A stretch of DNA of 64,000 nt from Podarcis filfolensis. Its lineage: Eukaryota. A program made the position numbers and the translations under genes. The stretch lies in assembly GCA_964270895.1 (NCBI GenBank), contig OZ185445.1. One strand, given 5' to 3'. Below are positions 49,424 to 61,400 of this stretch, piece by piece (position 1 is the first letter of the stretch; the number at the start of each line of letters is the position of its first letter). Under the pieces are notes generated by a model. That model did not search any database. It was not told the origin of the DNA and saw nothing but the letters and a program-made list of their open reading frames with translations.

Positions 49424-49615
49424 CAGTGGTACCTTGGTTGTTGAATGGCTTGGGTCCCGGTTTGCAAATGTTTTGCATAAGCCGAACGTCTGACGCAGCT
49501 TCCGATTGAGTGCAAGAAGCTCCTGCAGCCAATTGGAAGCTGCGCCTTGGTTTTCGAACGGTTCTGGGAGTTGAACGGACTCCCGGAACGGATTAAGTTT
49601 GACAAGTTACCACTG
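49424..49615. mobile_element. Tigger-like MITE
   Basis: Left TIR ta|cagtggtaccttgg; right end ttaccactg, eroded. Confidence 0.75.
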
Positions 49616-52393
49616 ATCTGTTAAAGTCAGAAATTTGTATCTATACTGTCCAATGGTTTCGTTCATTTGTGTTTTGATATTCTGAGATTAGAAGGGCATT
49701 TGACTGAATTGAATGTCATCTATTTTCAGATCAGTTAATTCTTTTGGTTATCTAGAGTGCATTAATTGAAAAAGTAGGGTGAAGTTGTTTGCTTATAATA
49801 CTGCAGGATTTGTCTTTTACATCCAAAAGAAATTATTTTCATATGGTCCTTCATTACTCTTGGGATTCAAGCTACGTCTTAACAAGCTGTAACTATTAGT
49901 GGCCCCACTGCTTTAAAAGCCTTTCCCCATTTTACATGCATGTTGGAGAGAAAAATATTACATAAGTTAATGCTAGCCCACTATTAGGGTTTCCTATCCC
50001 TTTATTATTTAGTCTCTCATTTTCCTAAATTTACAACTACACGACATGCCCTGAATCTCTCTAGTTGATAAACATCTTTCCATTGGGGAAAAACAAGTTG
50101 TGAATGGCTAAAGAAAACTTGCACACTACATACAAAGTAATAAGATAACGCCTTTTCCTGTTTTAGTTGAAAATAGAGAAACTTGAAAAATTCATAGCTT
50201 GGGTAGCATCTCTTTACATGTCTCTGGACTGCCAAGAGAACTTAGTTTTTCTTGGCAATTGATGAACAGGAGAGAATTTCTTACTGCTATAACTTATGAC
50301 CCTAGCAGTATTCCTATGGGGTGTCTAGCACATCAAAGCATTTTTAAAAGTGCTGGATTTACAGCAAAGCTTTTGATCTAAGGAACGAGCTATGTAGACT
50401 TTGTCTACATAGGAGGGCAATACCAGGTGAATGTAAATCACATCTCTTGTTTTCTTCTATTCAGATAAACCAGTGTTTTTAAAACTGTGAGACATACAGA
50501 GAAGTAGCACCAGTTGAAAAACACCAATATAGAAGGAAAATCTAGCAACCTTAAAGTACATTATTGAATGTTTTCGTTTAGCGGCGTTTTGGACGCATGG
50601 TGGACTAGGATTCCGTTATGGTCATACTGTATTGATACAAAAGTCTCAAGTCTTATACTGTATTGTATTTGGTAGAAATATAAACATTCTGAACTCAAGG
50701 ATACATTTGAACTCAAAGTAATTTTCCAGACAGGCTTACTAAAATTGTGATACAGGACAATAAACTAGCCTACTGAAGACCTGTTGACTATCTGTCTAGT
50801 CTTGTGGCATGGTCCTGATCATGAATATCACTGTTTTTATCCTATGAGCTTTGTCCCATAATCTTGTCATAATGCATAATTAGTAGCATTTTTACCAGCT
50901 TTCCCTCTGGAAAGTAGAGGCAGCCCTGTTATAGACTTTTCTCCAAGCTCGATATGGTCTGCCAGAGATTAGCAAACTTTCTGCTTAGATAAGAACTGTG
51001 ACTGATACATACAATTTTCCTCATCCATGTGTGATGACTTCTATAAACTCCTTTAGCTCTCTTAGGTTGATCCTCCTATCCCTAGCAGAGTAATTACTTC
51101 AGATGCTAACCTTAGATAATTTTGTATCATGTTTGTATTTTTTAGAGAATGAAATGCTTCCCCTATAGAGAGGAATGATACAATCATGTATATAGAGATT
51201 CCTCTTAACCTGTAAGAAAGATTTTGGTGAAAGCTGGAGAGACATTCTGAGCATTTCAAAAACAAATTTATTCAGGTCATTTTCACATAAATTTGCAACC
51301 ACGATACAAGAATTAAACAAGAATATGGAAGTGCAATGAAGAAAACAAAGCTAGTGTATGAATAATTATAAATAACTTCTCAGAGAAAGATGCAAAGATT
51401 TTAAAAGCAAGGCTCTTTGAAAAAAATAATGAAGTAAATATTAGAATTCCTTGCAAGAAGTTAGAGTGGCTCTTCACTAAATTTGTAACATTTGGTTGCT
51501 TATAAATTTCCTGACAGAAAACTGTTTATTTCAATTCAAGTTAAAATATGTAAGCACCTTTGTAGTATCTGGAATGTGAAAATGATGTTTTTGGTGTAAG
51601 GCACAGGATAGACCACTTGTAAGAATATCTTCAGTTATCTCCAACTAAACCTATGGGGAGGTACTAAAATGGTGACTGGGAAAAAAATCAGTTTACCATT
51701 AAAAATCCCTTTGATCTAAATGTGAAATATTTGAATTAGAAACATTTTCTGTGCTATAGTCCGAATAAGGGCCTGCCAAAAAAAAGTGAAGAAAATCTAT
51801 CTCTGTGTCATGCAGCTGGAAGGGGAAAGGATTAGTTTCTCGCAAAAAGATGTAGCCCATTAATTCCTCGTGTGTTCCAAAAACCACAAGAAAATCTTCC
51901 AAGCTGCCATGAATCTTCATGAATTAGTACCTTTCTTTGTTAGAACTGATCTTGGCAAAGTGAATCTTGGCTGAGGTCTGAATCCAAAAGTGTCAGATAT
52001 TCCAGTTCACATCATATGTAACAGCAGATAACCTGCTTCCCTCCAATAAATGAAAACACAATTTTGTAACTGGAAAAGCTGCTAAATGTGGGATAGTGGT
52101 CCTACGAAGTTGCTCAGCCCTATTCCTTGAGATGCCATCGTCATGCCATCAGCTTTCCTGATCCCCTGCCCTTCTCAGTAGTCACTGGCTCCCCAGTACC
52201 AGCCCACAGTTTTTCCTGCTGCTACTAAAACATGTTAAAAAAGAAAAAATTCTACATATAAGCAAGCAAGGCTGCTTACACGCGTATCATGTGAATAGTT
52301 ACAGGTAGGTAGCCGTGTTGGTCTGCCGTAGTCAAAACAAAATAAAAAAATTCCTTCCAGTAGCACCTTAGATACCAACTAAGTTTGTTATTG

Positions 52394-52431
52394 GAGTGAA
52401 CTTTCGTGTGCATGCACACTTCTTCAGATGC
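52394..52431 (-). ncRNA. Degenerate minimal hammerhead ribozyme motif (core intact, helix I broken)
   Basis: Minus strand GCAU CUGAAGA A GUGUGC AU GCACAC GAAA GUUC ACUC. Confidence 0.6.
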
Positions 52432-53059
52432 ACTGAAACGGAAGTCACCAGACCCTTATATATAGTTAGAGGGTGGGGAGGGGTATTACTCAGAAGGGGG
52501 GTGGGAATGGGTGATTGGCTGATTGGTGTGGTAGACCTGTTGACAACTGTTAATGACTGCAATTGGTCTTACAGGGAAAAGCAAGGGGTGAGATGGCTAA
52601 AAATAGCTTTATCGTGTATAATGAGATAAGAATCCGATGTCTCTATTCCGACCAGGTCTCTCCATGGTTTTAAGTTTGGTAATAAGTTGCTGCAATTCAG
52701 CAACTTCACTTTCCAGTCTGTTTCTGAAATTCTTTTGTAATAAGACAGCTCCTTTGAGATCTTGTATAGAATGTCCTGGGAGACTGAAGTGTTCTCCTAC
52801 TGGTTTCTCTGTCTTGTGATTCCTGATGTCCGATTTATGTCCATTTATCCTTTGGCGTAGGGTTTGGCCTGTTTGTCCAATATAGAGAACTGAAGGGCAC
52901 TGCTGGCATTTGATGGCATACACGATGTTAGAAGTTGAGCAATTAAATAGTCCTGAGATGGTATGTTTGATGTTGTTGGGGCCAGTAATGGTGTTATTCC
53001 CACCACCCTTCTGAGTAATACCCCTCCCCATATAAGGGTCTGGTGACTTCTGTTTCAGT

Positions 53060-53097
53060 GTATCTGAAGAAGTGTGCATGCACACGAAAGCTCATAC
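53060..53097 (+). ncRNA. Minimal type I hammerhead ribozyme motif in the Penelope pLTR
   Basis: GUAU CUGAAGA A GUGUGC-AU-GCACAC GAAA GCUC AUAC: conserved core, 6-bp helix II, palindromic AGCU helix III, 4-bp helix I; predicted cut after C53093. Confidence 0.8.
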
Positions 53098-55138
53098 CAA
53101 TAACAAACTTAGTTGGTCTCTAAGGTGCTACTGGAAGGAATTTTTTTTATCATGTGGCTAGCAATTGTTGTTGACGTATGAAAGGGTGTTGCTTATGTTC
53201 ATGTGTGATACTGGACATATTACACATGGTAGGACTGGTGATTTCAACATCCACCAGAACTATCCAAGCTAAGGGGAAGGCACTGGCAAGCAAAATAGGC
53301 AGAAGCAGGTCTTGTCAGCCTGGACAGACAGTGGTGTGGATGACAAATTTTTGTTTAAATTTGCAAAATAAATTGTAGTACTAAAAGTGGAGGAGCTTGA
53401 GCATCTTCAAGACAATCTGAAACGCATATTCCAAGCCATTAAACATCTCCAAGAAATGGTTATTGAAAATGTCCTTATATTCCCCAAGCTGAATGTATAT
53501 CACTTCTTTCATATTTAATGTATGGAATGCACTCAAAATGCAGCAAGTTTTAGTTCTAACAGCTAAAAAGCATGGCCAACTGAATATTTATAGGGCCTTA
53601 CAGAAAGCTAGTAGTGGGAAGGAAGACTCCCATCTGCTAGAAATTATTTCACAGTTTTGGAAGGTGGAGAAACCCATCTATCGCACTTTAGCCAAAGGAG
53701 GAATGATTCTTCTACCTCTAACAACCAAATTTCAATTTGGAGTTATGATTTTCTTCACTTGAATTATTTACATGTTTGCCTGTTGAATCCTGCATATGGC
53801 AGGTATTATCATATAATACAGTACTGCATTATTTAGTATGCAGCCTACTGAATATCCTGCTAGTATGGTTTTTTTTTTAATTAAAAAAAACACCATTCTT
53901 TCTGACTGCCTACAAGGTTTAAAATACAGTATTCATGAACATCCATTAGCTCCTTGTGAATCAGTCTTTTAAGCCTTGTTTTGTGATGCTACCAAACTAT
54001 ATTACTCCTAACCTTTTTTTAAAAAACCAATTAAAGTTTGCACTAAATAATGGAATTTATTGAGAAATTCCACCTTTGTAAATAGACTTATTTTTTTCTG
54101 CCGAGTGTATAGATCAGCTTTAATCCAGGTTACCCAAATTATATTAAGGGAGAATAGTTTCTAAATAATCGTAATTTAAAATCTTTAGAGCTGTACGGGA
54201 AAAAAGAAGAAAATGTGCAAAGCAATCTGCAGCAAACATTGGAAATGGGTAATTCACTATTTCATATTTCTTCTGAAAAAATGGCTTGTCAAAATATCAA
54301 TAGGCATCTGGTTTAAGAAGATACTTGCCCGCTAATACGTCTAAAATGCAAATACTTTCATCTGAAAGGGTGTAATGAAAAGCCATTGCTATACATGAAG
54401 CATGAACAGTTCTTAAAAAGTGAACAATACATTTTGTCCCAAGGATAGAAAATTATCATGCTGGGTGTTTAGCTCTGTTGGAAGTTTCATTTCCCCAGAG
54501 TTTGGTCCAGATTTTGCCCCATGACCACTGATTTTTCCTCCTCCTCCTCCTTACTCTCAGTATTTATTATATGGCTGCAGACCAAATAATTGTGAAATTA
54601 GTTCCATGACCCTTTGGACACCACTGCCCTGGCCACTTGCCACATAGCAATAAACCTCCAAAGAAAATGAAAATGTAAAAAGCATAGTTTTGATATGGAG
54701 GGGTTGGAGTCTGTTGTTAAAAAAAGTAAAATGTGTAAGATTCCATTGGGCATATATGAACCTAAAGTAACTCTTTGAATCTCAGCCTCTTTGAATATCC
54801 TTTAAATTGTTCCTTAAGCTCATTCACAAATAGCGTACTGATTTTCCAGTAGTCAGAGAAAAGGCATTTCTGTGAATGGGTTAAAACTTCCTGTAGAATT
54901 TGAAATACTGTATATAAAGCACCAATCTTTCACTGTCCTCAAAAGTTGAACACATGAATTGAGTGACAGCATTCATTCTGAAGGAGGTCTTAATGCTTCA
55001 GAGTCATTAAAATTCTTTTTGTATATACTCTGGTCCTTTTTTCGTTTTCGCTTTCAAAAGTTTTTACATCCTGTCTCAAGTTTATAAAATAATTTCACCT
55101 CAAAACCTTGGGCACCGTTGCATAAATTTTCTTTCATC

Positions 55139-55145
55139 TTAATAC
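55139..55145 (-). CDS. LOX: LOX last coding exon (g TAT TAA, completing ...SPY*)
   Basis: Strong minus-strand acceptor cttcttttctctttaatag; phase 2 from exon 6 gives CCG TAT TAA, the canonical LOX C-terminus. Confidence 0.9.
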
Positions 55146-57306
55146 CTATTAAAGAGAAAAGAAGCAGTCGTTAAGCATAATATACATCAAGACAAAAGTA
55201 CTTAATAGACCTTCAGATATCGTCGCTGGAGTTAAAATTTAAGCAACATTAGCACAACACTTTTCCTCTGCTTAAACTGCTCCTATCGATTGACCTAAAG
55301 GAGATGCAGTAAAAGGCAAATCACTATTGACTCTACCCTTGCACAGGTCTCTAACTTTAACAAGTCTTGTTAAGAGTTTAAACACTCGTGCACTTAGACA
55401 ACATTTCATTACTTCCAAATGGAATTGTGCCAGGTTCTTAAAGTAAAGGGGCTGTTCCCAGAACGTCGTTTTAAATTATTTCTTAGCATAGTGAGAAGCT
55501 GTGACAAATTCCTCTTGCTGCTCTGCTAATGTCACTGTTGACCTCTTAAGAATCCTGCTGTTCTAGCTCTTGGGCTCTTAGAAACTCACACTTGCAAGAA
55601 TTCATAAAAGCCTGTGGCGAGGCCTCTTAAGTTGTTGATTCTGTAAACCAACTGCAACTTTGGGCTAGTGGTGACAAAAATAAGTTCAGTGGGTTGTTTG
55701 GATGAATAAATATAATTGCCTATTCTTAGGGCTAGTACTGGTGTTCTCTAGAATGCGTTTAATAGCTCGTTCCTTAAGGCAAGCTGAAGAATAAACATGG
55801 ACATTGGAACAGGGGTATTAAAGACAAACATTGCATTGTTATATATAGATGAGCTCATGCTAATTACTGAACGCCAGATTTGCAACTTCCTCTGAAGCAC
55901 AGATCCCCACCCACAACAGATATCTCCATGCAACCATGTTAACAATTTTATCTCCCCAGGCACACATTTACATGGAAAAACAGCAAGACCAGATACAGTG
56001 ACTTCCATAATTGCTGGGGGAAGTCCTGTCCAAAAGACCATTGGCAGTGCTATCAGTGTCAAACATAATCCATCTATTTATGCAAGTGTGGGCCTGGACG
56101 ATGGACCAGACCAACTGTATATGGGCAATCCCCAAGGGGCTTGGTAAAACTAAAGTCAGCTTGGATTCGTTTGAACTTCCTTAGCAATGTTCTCTGCGTT
56201 TTTGTAAGGATGCTCTGTATGTGGAATGCATAAGCAGTATCCGGAAAGTGGTGTGAGCCAGAAATAACAGCTGACGCTTGCTAAGTCCTACTGCTGTAGG
56301 AATGTACAAATCCCTTTAAATCCTCAAAACAAGATTTCTAAAGAAGTATTTCAGAAAGAATCTGACTTGAGTGTCTTGCACTGGCAAGCAATTCAACACT
56401 TGCGTTACTCTTAAGTTCATTCTAGGCCATTCAATCCCACAGATTTTATGAAAAGCTAAAGGATAAAGCACATCATTTCACTATGAAGAGAGGTTCGAAT
56501 CTGAAAGCAAAACAACTGAGTCTAAGAAAAATGACATAAACTGGCCATGTTCATACATTATGATAAACCATGGTTAATGGTTTACTATTAACACTAAGAT
56601 TGTTACTGCTTTGCTCCCCTGCGTCTGTATGAGTGGGAGCAACAGACTCCAATTCCTGACCTAGGATTACGCAGGATTGGAGTGACACAAACCATAGTCC
56701 TTGATCTATATGTAACACTGAGCCAGGGATTGTGTTCACAGTAACTATGATTTATTGTGATATATGAATACAGCCATTGTTACAATGACAGGAAGGGAAG
56801 CATGCATTTTATAGAATGAGCCTTTTTAGTCAATAGCGCTAAACTATATGTTAGCATAATATGCACATAACACAGAATCGCACAATTCCCCCCCTCCAAG
56901 ACATTGGAAGCATCTGCTCTCACTTTTAACTTAACCATAGTTCCCCGTTACATTTGAGCTCAGGAATTCCAATTGATTTAAACCATGGTTTGTTCAAACA
57001 AGTGATGGTCATAAGCCATGGTTTGATCCTAGCTTGTTTGAACAAAGCCTAGTTTGAACTAGCCATTGACCCCCTGTGATATGAAAAGGAACTCTGTTAG
57101 TTTAAAAGTGCAAATGAATGCTTCTTGAGCTCATCATTCTACCCGATAAGAGGAGGAAAGGAGGGATTATGTGGTTTGGCATTATGCGGTTGAGTTAAGA
57201 CCAAAAAGTCTCATTCTATAAAATACATGTTGCACAACACATTTTTGGAAAGACCGTAAAAATGTGTAAATTTTTGTGTAAAAATGTGTAAACAGGAAAT
57301 TACTTA

Positions 57307-57604
<298 letters not shown>

Positions 57605-58893
57605 CTAAAATTGAAGTGTAGCAGGATAGTGAAGTGAAAGTCTTAACTTTCTTTTATATATATGTAAGTACAATGTTGACAAATGTCAAAAAGCTTCCCT
57701 AGATAATTAACATTTCTCAGTGATTCATAACACCTTACTGCCACCATTAGTTCCATCAAAATGATTGCTCTCCTGCTATATAAATAGAATGACCCTTATA
57801 GAAAAGGTCTAAATTCTAGCAAAATAATTTTGCCTTCCAAAACAAACAAGAGATCCAGCATTTTCCCATTCAAAAGCAAAGGAGCCATTTTCATGAAAGA
57901 CAAGGATATCAATGGCTGCTAGACACAATCACTGTATTCTTCCCCCCACTATATTCTCCCCCCAGTTGTTGCAAGTCACAAGGACAGGACCTCCTTGCGA
58001 GCTTCCCATTAGGGTAACTTGGTAAAACAGGGCTTAGGTTAGACTCTTTTCATGTCTCATTGTTATTTTGCTAGATTAAAAGGGAGGCTTGACTTTAGGA
58101 AACATATTTTTGTCCTGAAATGACAGCTCCCCTTAAGCCATGAACTCACAGCCCTTTGGGTCTACGTAATGTGTGCAGTTCAGTTCCTTTCCCTACCCTG
58201 AAATCATTCTGAGTGGTGCCTGGCTGCCCCTACGAAAAGTACAATGTTTTGCCACAGACTGTGTGTCACTTGGCAAGGGTTGCGTACTTGCTGCGGAAAG
58301 AAAGCTCATGGGTATACTGAGAGCTGGCAGCTATGCGCATTTTTTAAAAAATAGGATGCAGTCTTCATTTGCTGAGGAAAATACTTTGCAACAAGCACAA
58401 GTCTCAAAACAGTGGATGAAGCCGCAAGAATTCTAAAAGAATTCATAGTAGCAATCAGATGCTATAATACTTAAGAGACTCAGCTAGCCAGTTTGCAGAA
58501 AAGTTAGGAAAGCATTCCAGGACATAAATCTGTAGGGGCTCACAAGAAGGTAGTTGCCAGTTGCCTCTAAACTTAGTTGTACCTCTTGCAACCAATATAG
58601 GGATCAGAGCTGGAAGATATCTCAATGCATTGTCTGAAACTGGTTTGAAGTTCAGATTGCGATACCGGTTTCAACGTCATTATCCAAGAGATGGCATTTC
58701 TACATCTCTCTGTGAATACTGAATAAAAGACCTTAGTAAGAGCTTCTTGTCTTTCCATTACTGGCAGCCTGCCGTGAGGGAGGGGGAAACAGATTCCCTG
58801 AAGCCTATATGGTGCTGTTGTTTCAAGACTGATGTTTGAAATCCATCTATATTCTGACAGCAAGAGATGAAAAATGATCAGCGACTACCTTAC

Positions 58894-59050
58894 CTGCGTA
58901 TGTGCTGTACACGCATACCTTCTATAGTATCCGTAATCGCAGGACGTATCTTCAAGACAAAAGCTTGCTTTGTGTCCTTCAGCTACTCTCCTTTGGGAGC
59001 TTGCTTCAAGCAAGTCATAATGGCTGAATTCATCCATACTGTGGTAGTGT
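58894..59050 (-). CDS. LOX: LOX exon 4 ([14 protein letters not shown]...[28 protein letters not shown])
   Basis: 157 nt, AG/GT; copper-binding histidines and the LTQ Lys (GHK, codon 58969-58971). Confidence 0.97.
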
Positions 59051-59669
59051 CTGTTAAACCACAGGCAAACTTTTTTATTAAGTGTTAACCCAACAACCAT
59101 AATAAATAATAATAACAACAACAATAATAATAATAGTGGCACAGCAAAACAACGTTGGCATAGAGCCTTACAATCGCTGTTTATTATTCCAAAATAATGG
59201 GCTAATTTTGTTGCCCTATGATACTGTTCTTCATATAGCTCCATTATTCAACAATTATGTTACAAATACAGCTCTTGAGAGCAAATTGTTGCATAGCATT
59301 TAGTTTGTTTAAAGACTAAGCAAAATCATTGTTCCAAAATTTCCTGTTGCAAGAAGTAGGAAGCACCTAAGTGTCTATATCGGAGTGTCCAATTGTTACC
59401 CTTGAATACTGTTCATCTGAATTAAAAATGCTTACTTTGTATACTGTAAATTCCAAGGATACTATGGATTCTGATTCTTTTTCTATCAGTGGTCCCCAAG
59501 TATGTACGCAAAATATTTTGATATTTAAACTCCACTGTGTTAAATATGTTCTAGTTTTACACACATTGCCTTATTATGCTTCTGATTATTCATTGGTCAT
59601 TTTGTGAAAGGCCTGTTCTGTTGCTACATTATATTTCTCACAGTAGAGTAGCTGGAGGGGAAATAGATT

Positions 59670-59860
59670 CAGGTAGGTAGCTGTATTGATCTGACCCAGT
59701 CGAAATAAATAAAAAAATTGTGCAGTAGCACCTTAGAGACCAACTAAGTATGTTCAGGGTATAAGCTTTCCTATGCATGCACACTTCTTCAGATACCTTC
59801 TTGTGTGCATGCCCAGAACATACTTAGCTGGTCTCTAAGGTGCTACTGGACAATTTTTTT
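59670..59860. mobile_element. Penelope pLTR-derived fold-back remnant in LOX intron 3
   Basis: Same pLTR end as 52300-52430 (aggtaggtagc..., cagtagcaccttagagaccaactaag); 47-bp inverted arms with 3 mismatches. Confidence 0.8.
59758..59797 (-). ncRNA. Minimal hammerhead ribozyme motif with G10.1-C11.1 pair broken
   Basis: Minus strand GGUAU CUGAAGA A GUGUGC AU GCAUAG GAAA GCUU AUACC. Confidence 0.6.
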
Positions 59861-60399
59861 ATTTATTTGGAGGGGAAATAGGTTAACTTTAGACAGCCAC
59901 CTCAACATCATCTCTCCATTGTATTTTCTTATTGTTGATTCCAACAGAAGATGGAATCAAGCAACATGTTTCAACACAAATGTCCCTCTTTGGGTCTAAA
60001 GCTGCCTTTGCAGGCCCTCCCAAGCTGATGTGAGTTGTGGTACCAAACATCTGGGGGCACCAGATTGGCAAAGGCAGGTCTAAAATCAACCAAGGTAATA
60101 TTTGCCCTACGTGTGGCCTAAGCAGCTGAAAACCAAAGGCTACCTTCTGTCGTACGGCAGTCTTCAGATCACAGAAACCATACCTATGTTAGCACATCTT
60201 TGAATCCTTCTCATATGCAGGAAATGCTCATTGAGTTCAAGAGCTCGGGTACTAACATCACCTTGAGTTGACCGATTTCACCCACCTAACATTTCCACTA
60301 ATTACTGAATAAGTATGCTCTGAACATCCAAAATGTATACATTGAAGATGAACAAGTTACATTTTCCATCACATTGGAATAGCTCCTATTTATTTTCTA

Positions 60400-60625
60400 C
60401 AGTGGAACCTTGGTTTTTTAACGTCTCGGAAGTCGAACATTTCAGTTTACAAATGCCGATAACCAGGAAGTAACTGCTTTGGTTTTCAACTGGGAAGTCG
60501 AATGGCTTCCGTTTTGAGTTTTCTGTAAGTAAATACTGCTGGAATTGCATGCTTTGGTTTTCGAACGTTTTGGAAGTCGAACGGTCTTCTGAAACGGATT
60601 ACGTTTGAAAACCGAGGTTCCACTG
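60400..60625. mobile_element. Tigger-like MITE in LOX intron 3
   Basis: TIR cagtggaaccttggtttt / aaaaccgaggttccactg, TA on both sides. Confidence 0.88.
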
Positions 60626-60803
60626 TATTCCTAAAGCAGGGTCGTAAACTTGAGTTCAGTGGGTAAGGGTTCAACTCCTGCTATTTTCTGCATGGCAGCA
60701 AGAGCAGGGGAAGGGAGTGGAGTGGAGTGCTGGAAGCCACATCACAACAAACAAACAGCAAGTGAACATAATTGGAAAGTACCATACTGAGCCCTTCACT
60801 CAC

Positions 60804-60941
60804 TGATGACAACTGTGCCACTCCCAAGAGTATCGTGGTCGGCTTGGCAAGAAATCCGATGTGCCTTGGTTTTTCACTCTCTGGGGGAATCTCAGAAGCA
60901 TTCTATTATCATAGTCTCTGACATCCGACCTGTAAGCTGAG
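60804..60941 (-). CDS. LOX: LOX exon 3 ([45 protein letters not shown])
   Basis: 138 nt, tttgcag acceptor, GTGAGT donor; start of the copper-binding motif [11 protein letters not shown]. Confidence 0.97.
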
Positions 60942-61134
60942 CTGCAAATATGTAAAACACACATGCGCATGAAATAGGCTTGAAATTGCTCGTTAAACAC
61001 ACTTTGCCTTATGGTGCGACATTTGTATTTATTATAGTTGAAACAATCTCTTGGGGCCTTTTTAGAGAATGCAGCATAACGAGAGCTGAAGCTGCTTAAC
61101 AATGACCAATGCAGTATATATCAGTGTTTTCCCT

Positions 61135-61400
61135 TCTCTACAGACCCTCTCAGATCGGCAGAGGGGGTCCTCTTGGTAGTTCCCCCACCCCTCCTGTGAG
61201 AGGGGTAAACTGGGAGAGGGAGTTTTCTATGGCAACTCCTAAGCTGTGTAATTCCTTCCCCGGAGAGGAAGAAATCTTCATTGTGCAGTTTGCATTATAT
61301 GCTGAAGATGTGCCTCTTTACCCTGACCTTTGACACCTGAAATATGTATTTTAGGAGCCACCCTATTCTATTGACTGTTATTGTTTTAACTGATTTTAAT
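61135..61400 (+). mobile_element. Degenerate L2-like 3' fragment
   Basis: agaccctctcagatcggcagagggggtcctcttggtagttcc...ctgtgtaattccttccc resembles the L2 ALWNxLP region. Confidence 0.4.

Larger units (their letters stand above)
52300..53148 (-). mobile_element. Penelope-like element: GIY-YIG endonuclease 3' fragment, pseudo-LTR and inverted 5' segment
   Basis: Minus ORF NIVYAIKCQQCPSVLYIGQTGQTLRQRINGHKSDI...HF...LITKLKT...NRD is a PLE GIY-YIG domain; 52345-52505 and 52999-53148 are inverted copies, a typical PLE insertion structure. Confidence 0.92.

Noticed and set aside
52609-53085. Domesticated GIY-YIG nuclease gene
   Set aside because: The start codon and first 27 or so codons come from the inverted pLTR; there is no RT and no splice context. 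It is a 5'-truncated PLE.
55732-55747. Alternative LOX last exon giving ...SPEHQY*
   Set aside because: Weak pyrimidine tract; the acceptor at 55146 is much stronger and gives the canonical ...SPY*.
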